Part shown: piece by piece, positions 1-6,713 of the stretch
How the letters are laid out: the number at the start of each line of letters is the position of its first letter
How positions within the stretch are numbered: the stretch's first letter is position 1
Assembly (NCBI GenBank): GCA_039190745.1
Contig: JBCCXZ010000080.1
Span: forward strand, 1 to 13,962
Length of the DNA stretch: 13,962 nucleotides
Direction of reading: 5' to 3'
Origin: Planctomycetota bacterium
GTDB lineage: Bacteria > Planctomycetota > Planctomycetia > Pirellulales > Lacipirellulaceae
Position numbers and translations under genes: made by a program
Notes under the pieces: generated by a model
The model's database searches: none
Seen by the model: the letters and a program-made list of their open reading frames with translations, nothing else
Told to the model about the DNA's origin: nothing

Positions 1-74
1 ACCATGTAGTTGCCGCGATAGATTAGGCCTTCTTCGTAGAGCATAGTGAAGGCTTTGAGGACCGCTTTGGTTCT
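1..74 (-). other. Internal fragment resembling valyl-tRNA synthetase, out of frame with clpC and running off the window edge
   Basis: Minus strand 74->1 translates to RTKAVLKAFTMLYEEGLIYRGNYMV, matching the ValRS segment 'AV..AF..LY..GLIYRG...VNW'. There is an in-frame TGA directly upstream (77-75). GC content is visibly lower than in the adjacent clpC DNA. Confidence 0.75.
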
Positions 75-523
75 TCACCCTCCAGGCCGTGGCCCAGCAG
101 GTTGAGGACTTCCTCGCGGACCTCTTCAAGCTTCAGGCCCAGGTTCATCAGCACCTGGGCCGCCACGCCCTCTTGCTCACGCAGGAGGCCGAGCAGGATG
201 TGCTCCGTGCCGACGTAGTTGTGGTTCAGCTGGCGAGCCTCCTCCATGGAGTACTCGATCACCTTCTTCGCCCGCGGCGTCTGGGGCAGCTTGCCCATGG
301 TGACCATGTCCGGCCCGCTCTGCACGAGCTTCTCGACCTCGAGGCGGATCTTCCGCAAGTCGACGTCGAGGTTCTTCAGCACGTTGGCCGCAACGCCGCT
401 GCCCTCTTTGATCAGGCCGAGCAACACGTGCTCGGTGCCGATGTACTCGTGGTTGAAGCGTTGGGCCTCTTGGTTGGCCAACTGCATCACCTTGCGGGCA
501 CGGTCGGTAAATCTCTCGTACAT
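23..523 (-). CDS. clpC: ClpC-type ATP-dependent Clp protease ATPase, N-terminal double Clp-repeat domain only; apparently truncated at ~72
   Basis: MYERFTDRARKVMQLANQEAQRFNHEYIGTEH...NHNYVGTEHILLGLL is the canonical ClpC N-terminus, with an AGGAGA RBS upstream. No AAA+ domain follows. The last ~16 residues come from the unrelated 1-74 sequence. Confidence 0.85.
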   Translation of the reverse strand: MYERFTDRARKVMQLANQEAQRFNHEYIGTEHVLLGLIKEGSGVAANVLKNLDVDLRKIRLEVEKLVQSGPDMVTMGKLPQTPRAKKVIEYSMEEARQLNHNYVGTEHILLGLLREQEGVAAQVLMNLGLKLEEVREEVLNLLGHGLEGEEPKRSSKPSLCSTKKA

Positions 524-579
524 GGCCGCTCTCCTGGGTTGTCTTCGCTGTGCCTTGGATCCGCTACCGGGTCGCTCTC

Positions 580-1269
580 TCAGGCGGCCGCTCGGTAATC
601 GCCAGGCTCTGTTTCGTCGTTCTCTGTTTCTGGATGGCCGTGCTCTTCGCGAGCGGTTTCAATCGCGACGACTCCGTCGTCCGCGTGGTCTTCTTCGTTA
701 TCAGTTTCTGTTTGGGTCAGTTGCTCGTACAGGGCCGACCGCTCGCGGGCGATCTCGTCCCGCCAAGCGTCGGCCGCTTCCAGCCGCTCCAGCCGGTCGA
801 GCTCGACGAGCGCCTCGTCGGTCCGCTCCCGGTGACGCAGCAGCGTTGCCAGCAGCAGCCGACCCTCTATATCTTTCGCGTCGGTCGCCAGCAGGTCACG
901 CAGGCGCGCCTCCGTGGCGTCCCAATCCCCGGCCAGGTACAGCCGCTGGGCCTCGCCGAACAGCCGCTCGCACCGCGCCGCCGGGTCTTCCCGGGCCGCC
1001 TCGGAAACCAGCGCCATCGCCGCCCGCCGCCACTGCGTGCGGCTCTCCGCGAGTGCCAGCACCCAAACTACTACGAGCGCCGCAGCACCAAGGTTCCGGG
1101 CATCCGCGTCGATCCAGCCCGAGTAAACGACCGTTGCAACCAGCAGAACGCAACCGACCCAGGTAAATCCTACCGCTACCGCCAAACCCGCCCAAGACCC
1201 CCGGCCCCACGCCTGCGCAAAGCCCGGCCAAAGCAGGGCCGACCAGTGCATGCGTTGCGGTGCAGCCAT
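580..1269 (-). CDS. Membrane protein with a C-terminal tetratricopeptide-repeat region, probably co-transcribed with clpC
   Basis: N-terminal hydrophobic segments (LLWPG..., LAVAVGFTWVGCVLLV, LGAAALVVVWVLAL) are followed by TPR-like helices (AQRLYLAGDWDATEARLRDLL...DIEGRLLLATLLRHRERTDEAL) and an acidic tail. ATG 1269 is chosen as the start; the ORF extends to 1383. Confidence 0.8.
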   Translation of the reverse strand: MAAPQRMHWSALLWPGFAQAWGRGSWAGLAVAVGFTWVGCVLLVATVVYSGWIDADARNLGAAALVVVWVLALAESRTQWRRAAMALVSEAAREDPAARCERLFGEAQRLYLAGDWDATEARLRDLLATDAKDIEGRLLLATLLRHRERTDEALVELDRLERLEAADAWRDEIARERSALYEQLTQTETDNEEDHADDGVVAIETAREEHGHPETENDETEPGDYRAAA

Positions 1270-1594
1270 AAAAGAGACCAAAAACCGAGCAAGATTGTTC
1301 GCAGGGGCCGTGCGCCAAGCACACCGGGAGCGCTCTCCCGGCACGGGGCCCGACAAGTCTAGCCCGCGGGGGGCGCGAATCAAGGCAACCGAAGACAGTG
1401 AAAAGGCTTACGACCGTTAACCCGCCGCGCTGGCCGGCCCGCATCCTCTTTCATCGTCCAACGACACCGCCAAGGCCCACCCTCGTCGGACATTTGACCC
1501 TGAAGGCCCACGAGGAAGATAACGGTATCTAGTGAACCCAGCGAGGCCGGTTGCGGCCCGCTCGCCCCAAATGCCCCCCCGTTCGCAAGCCGCC

Positions 1595-1942
1595 GTGAGC
1601 ATCGTCAGCGACAAACCGAGATTCGACCTCAAGACGGCTCTCGCCGCGATGTCGTGGGTCGCTTTGTGGCTGGGCTACTACCAGGCTCTCAGCAAACAAG
1701 TGGTCGCCCTCGATAATCTGATCCCGCTGAATAACCTGCCTTCGGGCGGATGGGCGCAGCTCGGCCTAGTCGCGACTATCTTCGGGATCGCGGTTTTGTT
1801 TCTTCCCATCATCTTGCTCACTCACTATCTCTGCCGCCGCGTCCTGAAGCCGGGAACCACCGCCCTCGAGGTCTTGGCCCGCACGGGCTTGGTGCTCGTC
1901 GTCTCTTTCGTCTTGTTTGCGATCTTGCTGCCGCCGTACTAA
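1595..1942 (+). CDS. Small membrane protein with about 3 TM segments (planctomycete 'RFxLxxxL' N-terminal type)
   Basis: KPRFDLKTALAAMSWVALWLG followed by two further hydrophobic helices. The start is uncertain (1532, 1571 or GTG 1595). Confidence 0.65.
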   Translation: MSIVSDKPRFDLKTALAAMSWVALWLGYYQALSKQVVALDNLIPLNNLPSGGWAQLGLVATIFGIAVLFLPIILLTHYLCRRVLKPGTTALEVLARTGLVLVVSFVLFAILLPPY

Positions 1943-1964
1943 AGCGGCAGCCTCTGAAAACCGA

Positions 1965-2273
1965 ATGACTCTCGGCTTGAACGTGCGATTCTCGACAAGG
2001 CAACTCCTCACCGCCACGACGCTAACCTCCTTGGTTTTCGGTTGGTTGGCTTACCAAGGTCGAGAGTTTACCGTGTCGTTGCTCATTGCGACCGGCGTCC
2101 TCTTCGTGCTGTTGATCGTGCTCGGCCTCCTGGCTCTTGTGGTTGTAGTTCTCTTCAGATGGACGATGCGCAGGGAGCCGTTTCGCAGTAAATGGAGGTT
2201 GTTCTTCGAGTCGCTCATCGTTTTTGCGGCCTTTGTGGCTCTGGCAATCGCCTTATTGCTTGTATACATCTGA
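1965..2273 (+). CDS. Small membrane protein with about 3 TM segments (planctomycete 'RFSxRxLL' type)
   Basis: MTLGLNVRFSTRQLLTATTLTSLVFGWL plus two long hydrophobic stretches. It lies 22 nt after the previous gene and 18 nt before thiE. Confidence 0.7.
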   Translation: MTLGLNVRFSTRQLLTATTLTSLVFGWLAYQGREFTVSLLIATGVLFVLLIVLGLLALVVVVLFRWTMRREPFRSKWRLFFESLIVFAAFVALAIALLLVYI

Positions 2274-2291
2274 TGCCTTACCCAAGGACCG

Positions 2292-3449
2292 ATGATCTTC
2301 AAGATGGCATCCAACCTCCAAGCACACCGCATCCTCGACGCCGCCGCCAACCGCGCCGCCGAGGGCCTCCGCGTCGTCGAAGACTACGCACGCTTCGTGC
2401 TCGACGACGCCCACCTCACCCGGCTCGTGAAATCGCTCCGGCACGACCTCGCCGAGTGCCTCGCCGCCCTGCCCCGCCCCGAGCGGCTCGCCTCGCGCGA
2501 AACCCAGGCCGACGTCGGCGCCGAGATCACCACCCCCGCCGAAACCAACCGCACCGACGCCTGGCAGGTCTGCGTCGCCAGCAGCGAGCGCGTGAAGCAG
2601 TCGCTCCGCAGCCTCGAGGAATTCGGCAAGATCGAGGACCCCGACTTCGCCGCCGGGATCGAACGCCTCCGCTACCGCCACTACACGCTCGAGCGCGCCC
2701 TGGGCGTCACCACCACCGCGGTCGACCGGCTCGAGTTCTGCACCCTCTGCGTGCTCGTCGACGGCGGCGACACGCCCGAGGCATTCACGGCGCTCGTGCA
2801 AGAACTTGTCGCCGCCGAGACGCCGATGATCCAGCTCCGCGACAAGCGGCTCGACGACCGAGAGCTGCTCGATCGCGCCCGCACGCTGGTCGAACTCACC
2901 CGCTCCCCCTCTTCTATAGGAGGCCTCTCCGAGGCCGATGACGCATTGATTAGCCGCGCGGAATCGGGCTCAGAGAGCCCTCCCACAGGCCCTTCGGCTA
3001 ACCGGAACCGCACGCTCGCGATCATCAACGATCGGGCCGACATCGCCGCCGCCTCCGGGGCCGACGGCGTCCACCTCGGCCAGGAAGACCTGCCCGTGAA
3101 GGCGGCCCGGGGCATTGTCGGCCCCCGCGCGCTCGTCGGCGTCTCGACGCACGCCATCGAGCAAGCCCGCGCCGCGGTACTCGACGGGGCCGACTACCTC
3201 GGCGCCGGCCCGACGTTCCCCTCGCAAACCAAGTCGTTCGACGCCTTCCCCGGCCCGGCGTACCTGGCCGAACTCGCCGCAGAGATCCGGCTGCCCACCT
3301 TCGCCATCGGCGGCATCCACGCCGAGAACCTCCCCGAGGTGCTCGCCGCCGGAGTGGGTGGCGTCGCGGTCAGCTCCGCCGTGACCAGCGCCGCCGAGCC
3401 CGGCGCCGCCGTCCGCACACTCCTACGATCCCTCTCTCGATCGCGGTAG
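2292..3449 (+). CDS. thiE: Thiamine-phosphate synthase, long form with an N-terminal helical extension, carrying a ~32-35 aa REP-derived insertion
   Basis: N-terminal RILDAAANRAAEGLRVVED...K.LRH...SLRSLEEF domain; ThiE barrel motifs IQLRDK, IINDR.DIA, ADGVHLGQED, VGVSTH, DYLGAGPTFPSQTK, FAIGGI. The start could also be ATG 2304. Confidence 0.93.
   Translation: MIFKMASNLQAHRILDAAANRAAEGLRVVEDYARFVLDDAHLTRLVKSLRHDLAECLAALPRPERLASRETQADVGAEITTPAETNRTDAWQVCVASSERVKQSLRSLEEFGKIEDPDFAAGIERLRYRHYTLERALGVTTTAVDRLEFCTLCVLVDGGDTPEAFTALVQELVAAETPMIQLRDKRLDDRELLDRARTLVELTRSPSSIGGLSEADDALISRAESGSESPPTGPSANRNRTLAIINDRADIAAASGADGVHLGQEDLPVKAARGIVGPRALVGVSTHAIEQARAAVLDGADYLGAGPTFPSQTKSFDAFPGPAYLAELAAEIRLPTFAIGGIHAENLPEVLAAGVGGVAVSSAVTSAAEPGAAVRTLLRSLSRSR
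2914..2988. repeat. GTAG-type REP doublet (REPIN-like), 75 nt, in frame within thiE
   Basis: Left arm 2914-2939 is ctataggaggcctctccgaggccgat and right arm 2963-2988 is atcgggctcagagagccctcccacag (21/26 inverted match), with a 23-nt spacer. It has the same layout and length as 13697-13771. Confidence 0.9.
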
Positions 3450-3450
3450 T

Positions 3451-3624
3451 GTGAACCACGGAGGCACGGAGGACACCGCGCCAAAAAAAGGCGACGGCCA
3501 AGCCAGAACATGAGATCGACGCTTATCCTCACTAATCAGATTAGCGGAGATTAGTGCAGATTAGTGTTCTAGTTCGTCTTCTTTTTCTCGTTCCTCCCGT
3601 GAACCCCGCGTCTCCGTGGTGAAC
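3451..3624. repeat. Composite intergenic repeat: outer inverted CACGGAG-type arms (3451-3480, ~3597-3624) enclosing a CTAATC/GATTAG palindrome (3506-3569)
   Basis: gtgaaccacggaggcacggaggacaccg pairs imperfectly (18/25) with ccgtgaaccccgcgtctccgtggtg. The inner gaaca...actaatc-a-gattagcggagattagtgcagattagtgttc has a decayed left arm. Confidence 0.85.
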
Positions 3625-3695
3625 CTCTCCCCCTGCGAAAGCCGCAAGCAAAGCACTACAATCAGGGCTCACCGATAACCCCGGCCTGACCGAAC

Positions 3696-4778
3696 ATGCT
3701 CCACGCAGTCATCATGGCCGGCGGCGCCGGCACCCGCTTCTGGCCCGCCAGCCGCAAGGCCACGCCCAAGCAGCTCCTGCCGCTGGTCGGCGACCAGACG
3801 ATGATCCGCCAGACCTACCTCCGGTTGGCCGGCCTCACGCCCGCCGAGCGGACGCTGATCGTCACCAACAAAGCGCTCGTGCCCGCCGTCGCTGAAGAGC
3901 TCCCCGAGCTCCCAGCCGCCTCGGTCGTCGGCGAGCCCTGCAAGCGCGACACGGCCCCCTGCATCGGGCTAGCCGCCCTGCTCGTCTCGCGGGACGACCC
4001 CGACGCCACAATGGCTGTCATGCCGTCGGACCACGTCATCCGCGACGACGCCCGCTTCCGCGACGGGCTCAAGCAGGCCGCACTGCTCGTCGAGGCCGAC
4101 CCCACGCGGATCGTCACCTTCGGCATCCGCCCCACCTACGCCGCCCGCAGCTTCGGCTACATCCAACGCGGCACCGGCCTCGATACCGCCGGCGACGAGG
4201 CCCCCGCCTACCAGGTGAAGCAGTTCCGCGAGAAGCCCGACGCCGCCACCGCCACCGAGTACCTCGCCTCGGGCGACTTCTACTGGAACTCCGGCATCTT
4301 CGTCTGGAAGGCCCAGACCATCTTGGACGCCCTCGCCGAACGGCAGCCGCAGATGCTCGAGCACCTCAAGAAGATCGGCGAAGCCTGGGGCGCCGACCAG
4401 CAGCAAGCCGTCTTCGACGCCGAGTTCGCCGCCATCGACGGCACCTCCATCGATTACGCCGTGATGGAGCACGCCCAGAACGTTGCGGTCATCGAGGCCC
4501 ACTTCGATTGGGACGACCTCGGCAGTTGGCAGGCCCTCCCGCGGCAGCTCGGCAGCGACCACCACGACAACACCGTCGTCGGCAAACACCTCAGCGAGAA
4601 CACCACCGGCAGCATCGTCCGCACCTCGGGCGACCACCTCGTCGTCACGCTCGGCCTGAAGGACTGCCTCATCGTCCACACCGACAACGCCACGCTGGTC
4701 GCCAACAAGCACGACGAGGAAGCGGTCCGCAACATCGTCAAACAGCTCCAAGAACGCGGCTGGACGGACTACTTGTAG
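3696..4778 (+). CDS. manC: Mannose-1-phosphate guanylyltransferase
   Basis: AVIMAGGAGTRFWPASRK.TPKQLL, GEPCKRDTAPCI, MPSDH, FGIRPT...FGYI, FREKPD, YWNSGIF, SIDYAVME, WDDLGSW and a C-terminal beta-helix. There is no cupin isomerase domain. Confidence 0.95.
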   Translation: MLHAVIMAGGAGTRFWPASRKATPKQLLPLVGDQTMIRQTYLRLAGLTPAERTLIVTNKALVPAVAEELPELPAASVVGEPCKRDTAPCIGLAALLVSRDDPDATMAVMPSDHVIRDDARFRDGLKQAALLVEADPTRIVTFGIRPTYAARSFGYIQRGTGLDTAGDEAPAYQVKQFREKPDAATATEYLASGDFYWNSGIFVWKAQTILDALAERQPQMLEHLKKIGEAWGADQQQAVFDAEFAAIDGTSIDYAVMEHAQNVAVIEAHFDWDDLGSWQALPRQLGSDHHDNTVVGKHLSENTTGSIVRTSGDHLVVTLGLKDCLIVHTDNATLVANKHDEEAVRNIVKQLQERGWTDYL

Positions 4779-4798
4779 GAGGCCTCTCCGAGGCCGAT
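4773..4798 (+). repeat. Single GTAG-type REP arm overlapping the manC stop codon
   Basis: tgtaggaggcctctccgaggccgat (4774-4798) is identical to 13698-13722. Its TAG (4776-4778) is the manC stop. Confidence 0.9.
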
Positions 4799-4822
4799 CC
4801 CACTCTGTTTGCAGGAAGAGCT

Positions 4823-4996
4823 AACCACGGAGTCACAGAGGACACTGAGACAAACGCAGGGAAAGGAAGAGGTAAGGAACACTAATCGGCACTAATCTGC
4901 GCTAATCAGATTAGTGAAGATTAGCGTAGATTAGTGTTCCCCTGTCTCCCGTCCCCTGCCCCCTGTCTCCGTGCCCCCCGTGCCTCCGTGGTTCAC
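4823..4996. repeat. Composite intergenic repeat: CACGGAG-type inverted arms (4823-4850 and 4966-4993), inner palindrome 4876-4940, TCCCCTG heptamers 4938-4965
   Basis: The outer arms match 23/28 as inverted repeats. The inner sequence is ggaac-actaatcggc-actaatctgc-gctaatc-a-gattagtgaa-gattagcgta-gattagtgttcc. Four degenerate tcccctg units follow it. Confidence 0.92.
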
Positions 4997-5026
4997 TCCC
5001 CTTCGATTCGACTCGGCCGACAAGCC

Positions 5027-5485
5027 ATGCCCAATCACTCCCGCGGCCGCGTCGCCGGCATCGACTACGGCACCGTCCGCATCGGCATCGCCGTCGCCGA
5101 CCTCGAGGTGGGCATCGCCACGCCCGTCGAGACCTACCACCGCAAGAACCCATCGCTCGACGCGAACTATTTCAAACAACTCGCCCTGGAAGAGCGCCTC
5201 GCCAAGTTCGTCGTCGGCCTCCCCGTGCACCTCGACGGCGGCGAAAGCCATAAATCGACCGAGGCCCGCGCTTTCGGCAAGTGGCTCACCGAGCACACCG
5301 GCCTGGAAGTCGACTACTTCGACGAACGCTACACCTCGTCGCAAGCCGAAGAGATGCTGCAGGCCGCGGGCCTCACCAAGAAACGCCGCAAAGAACGCAT
5401 CGACCAACTCGCCGCGCAGCTGATGCTCACCGCCTACCTCGAAGCGGGTGCTAAAGGCCAGCAAGACCCCGGCAGTATCGGGTAG
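5027..5485 (+). CDS. yqgF: YqgF/RuvX family RNase H-like nuclease (pre-16S rRNA maturation / putative Holliday junction resolvase)
   Basis: GIDYGTVRIGIAV, FVVGLP, FDERYTS, IDQLAAQLML; 152 aa from ATG 5027. The upstream ORF extension lies in repeat DNA. Confidence 0.95.
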   Translation: MPNHSRGRVAGIDYGTVRIGIAVADLEVGIATPVETYHRKNPSLDANYFKQLALEERLAKFVVGLPVHLDGGESHKSTEARAFGKWLTEHTGLEVDYFDERYTSSQAEEMLQAAGLTKKRRKERIDQLAAQLMLTAYLEAGAKGQQDPGSIG

Positions 5486-5493
5486 GAACGAAT

Positions 5494-5532
5494 CAGGGGA
5501 CAGGGGACAGGGGACAGGGGACAGGGGACAGG
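5494..5532 (+). repeat. Perfect heptamer tandem repeat (CAGGGGA)x5 + CAGG
   Basis: Read directly from the sequence, starting 9 nt after the yqgF stop. Confidence 0.97.
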
Positions 5533-5541
5533 AAGATGGTA

Positions 5542-5644
5542 GAACACTAATCCGCGCTAATCGTCACTAATTCGATTAGTGGAGATTAGCGTCAATTAGT
5601 GTTCCCTCCTTTTCTTCTTTCGTAGTTTTCGCGCATTTCGTGGT
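5542..5644. repeat. CTAATC/GATTAG palindrome (5542-5604) plus a three-unit TTTCGYR arm (5618-5644)
   Basis: gaacactaatccgcgctaatcgtcactaatt-c-gattagtggagattagcgtcaattagtgttc, followed by tttcgtagt-tttcgcgca-tttcgtggt. Confidence 0.9.
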
Positions 5645-5661
5645 CCCTCCCCAAAGCATCA

Positions 5662-6531
5662 ATGAGCAAACGACGACTCATCTTCGGCTGCGGCTACCTC
5701 GGCAAGCGCGTCGCCGACGCCTGGCGTGACGCAGGCGACGAAGTGTTCGCCGTCACGCGGTCCGAGGAGCGTGCCGCCGCCTGGCGAGCCGAAGGGCTGC
5801 ACCCGATCCTGGCCGACGTGACCGACCCCGCCACGCTCGCCGAGTTGCCGACCGCCGACACGGTGCTGTTCGCCGTCGGCTACGACCGCAACGCGGGCCC
5901 CTCGATCTTCGAGGTCTACGAGCACGGCTTCCAGAACGCGCTCGACGCCCTCCCGAGGGGCACAGGCCGCGTCGTGTACATCAGCACGACCGGCGTCTAC
6001 GGCGACGCCGGCGGCGACTGGGTCGACGAGCAGACCCCGCCCGACCCCAAGCGCGACGGCGGCCGCGCCTCGCTCGCCGCCGAGCGGGCGCTCGCCGATC
6101 ACCACAACGCGGCCGACAGCGTCGTGCTCCGGCTGGCCGGCATCTACGGCCCGGGCCGCGTGCCGTTCCTCGAACGCCTGAAGTCAGGGCAACCGATCAA
6201 CGCCCCCAGCGAAGGGTGGCTCAACCTGATCCACGTAGAAGACGCGGCACGTATAGTCCAAACCGTCGCCGACGCAGAGCAGACCGCCGCCGTGTACTGC
6301 GTGAGCGATGGCAACCCGGTGGTCCGCGGCGAGTACTACGCCGAGGCCGCCCGGCTCTTGGGCGTGGCGCCGCCCGAGTTCGAAAAACCACCGGAAGGCT
6401 CATCCGCCGCCGCCCGCGCCGGAGCCTCGAAACGCATCTCCAACCGCCGACTGCAGGAAGACCTCGGGGTGCGCTTCGCCTACCCGACACACCGAGCGGG
6501 GCTCGCCGCGATAATCAGCACATCTCCGTAA
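5662..6531 (+). CDS. NAD-dependent epimerase/dehydratase (atypical SDR, YeeZ-like)
   Basis: LIFGCGYLG Rossmann motif, YISTTGVYGD..GDWVDE, VLRLAGIYGPGR, NLIHVEDAA, KRISN.RL...LG..F.YP. Confidence 0.9.
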   Translation: MSKRRLIFGCGYLGKRVADAWRDAGDEVFAVTRSEERAAAWRAEGLHPILADVTDPATLAELPTADTVLFAVGYDRNAGPSIFEVYEHGFQNALDALPRGTGRVVYISTTGVYGDAGGDWVDEQTPPDPKRDGGRASLAAERALADHHNAADSVVLRLAGIYGPGRVPFLERLKSGQPINAPSEGWLNLIHVEDAARIVQTVADAEQTAAVYCVSDGNPVVRGEYYAEAARLLGVAPPEFEKPPEGSSAAARAGASKRISNRRLQEDLGVRFAYPTHRAGLAAIISTSP

Positions 6532-6628
6532 TCTGCCTCGCAGGGCATCCCACAATCGGGATACAAACTGCATGGCCGCCGGCTTTTGAGAACGGTTATC
6601 GATTGCCTGGAAAATGGCGCTACGCCCG

Positions 6629-6658
6629 TTGCGTGCCGCTTCCAAGCACCTCTAAAAT
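6629..6658 (+). promoter_or_regulatory. Possible sigma70-type promoter for the MBL gene
   Basis: TTGCGT-N18-TAAAAT, ending 55 nt before ATG 6714. Motif match only. Confidence 0.35.
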
Positions 6659-6713
6659 TAGCTGTTCTCGCTGTCCCACGCCGGCCCCACCGGGGGCGGT
6701 CTGACCGTTACTC

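Noticed and set aside
23..523. Genuine standalone ClpN adaptor protein
   Set aside because: The C-terminal tail derives from sequence that reads as ValRS in another frame, which points to a junction; truncation is more parsimonious.
89..1444. Long overlapping ORFs (89-598, 219-1166, 550-1362, 896-1444)
   Set aside because: These are shadow frames of clpC and the TPR gene, typical of high-GC DNA; they are Arg/Pro-rich with no motifs.
1384..1531. CIRCE or CtsR heat-shock operator for the TPR-clpC unit
   Set aside because: No TTAGCACTC-N9-GAGTGCTAA or GGTCAAA direct repeat was found; there are only short matches (aaggcccac twice) too weak to call.
2200..2291. TPP riboswitch upstream of thiE
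   Set aside because: Only 18 nt separate thiE from the previous ORF, and no CTGAGA...CCTGA consensus is visible.
2904..3008. Intein or intron in thiE
   Set aside because: At ~35 aa it is far too short for an intein, it has no intron hallmarks, and its DNA matches an intergenic REP doublet.
4934..5026. N-terminal extension of YqgF from GTG 4934
   Set aside because: It is translated repeat DNA; the family domain starts just after ATG 5027.
3451..5644. CRISPR array
   Set aside because: The repeats are palindromic or tandem units separated by whole genes rather than by 30-40-nt unique spacers, and there are no cas genes.
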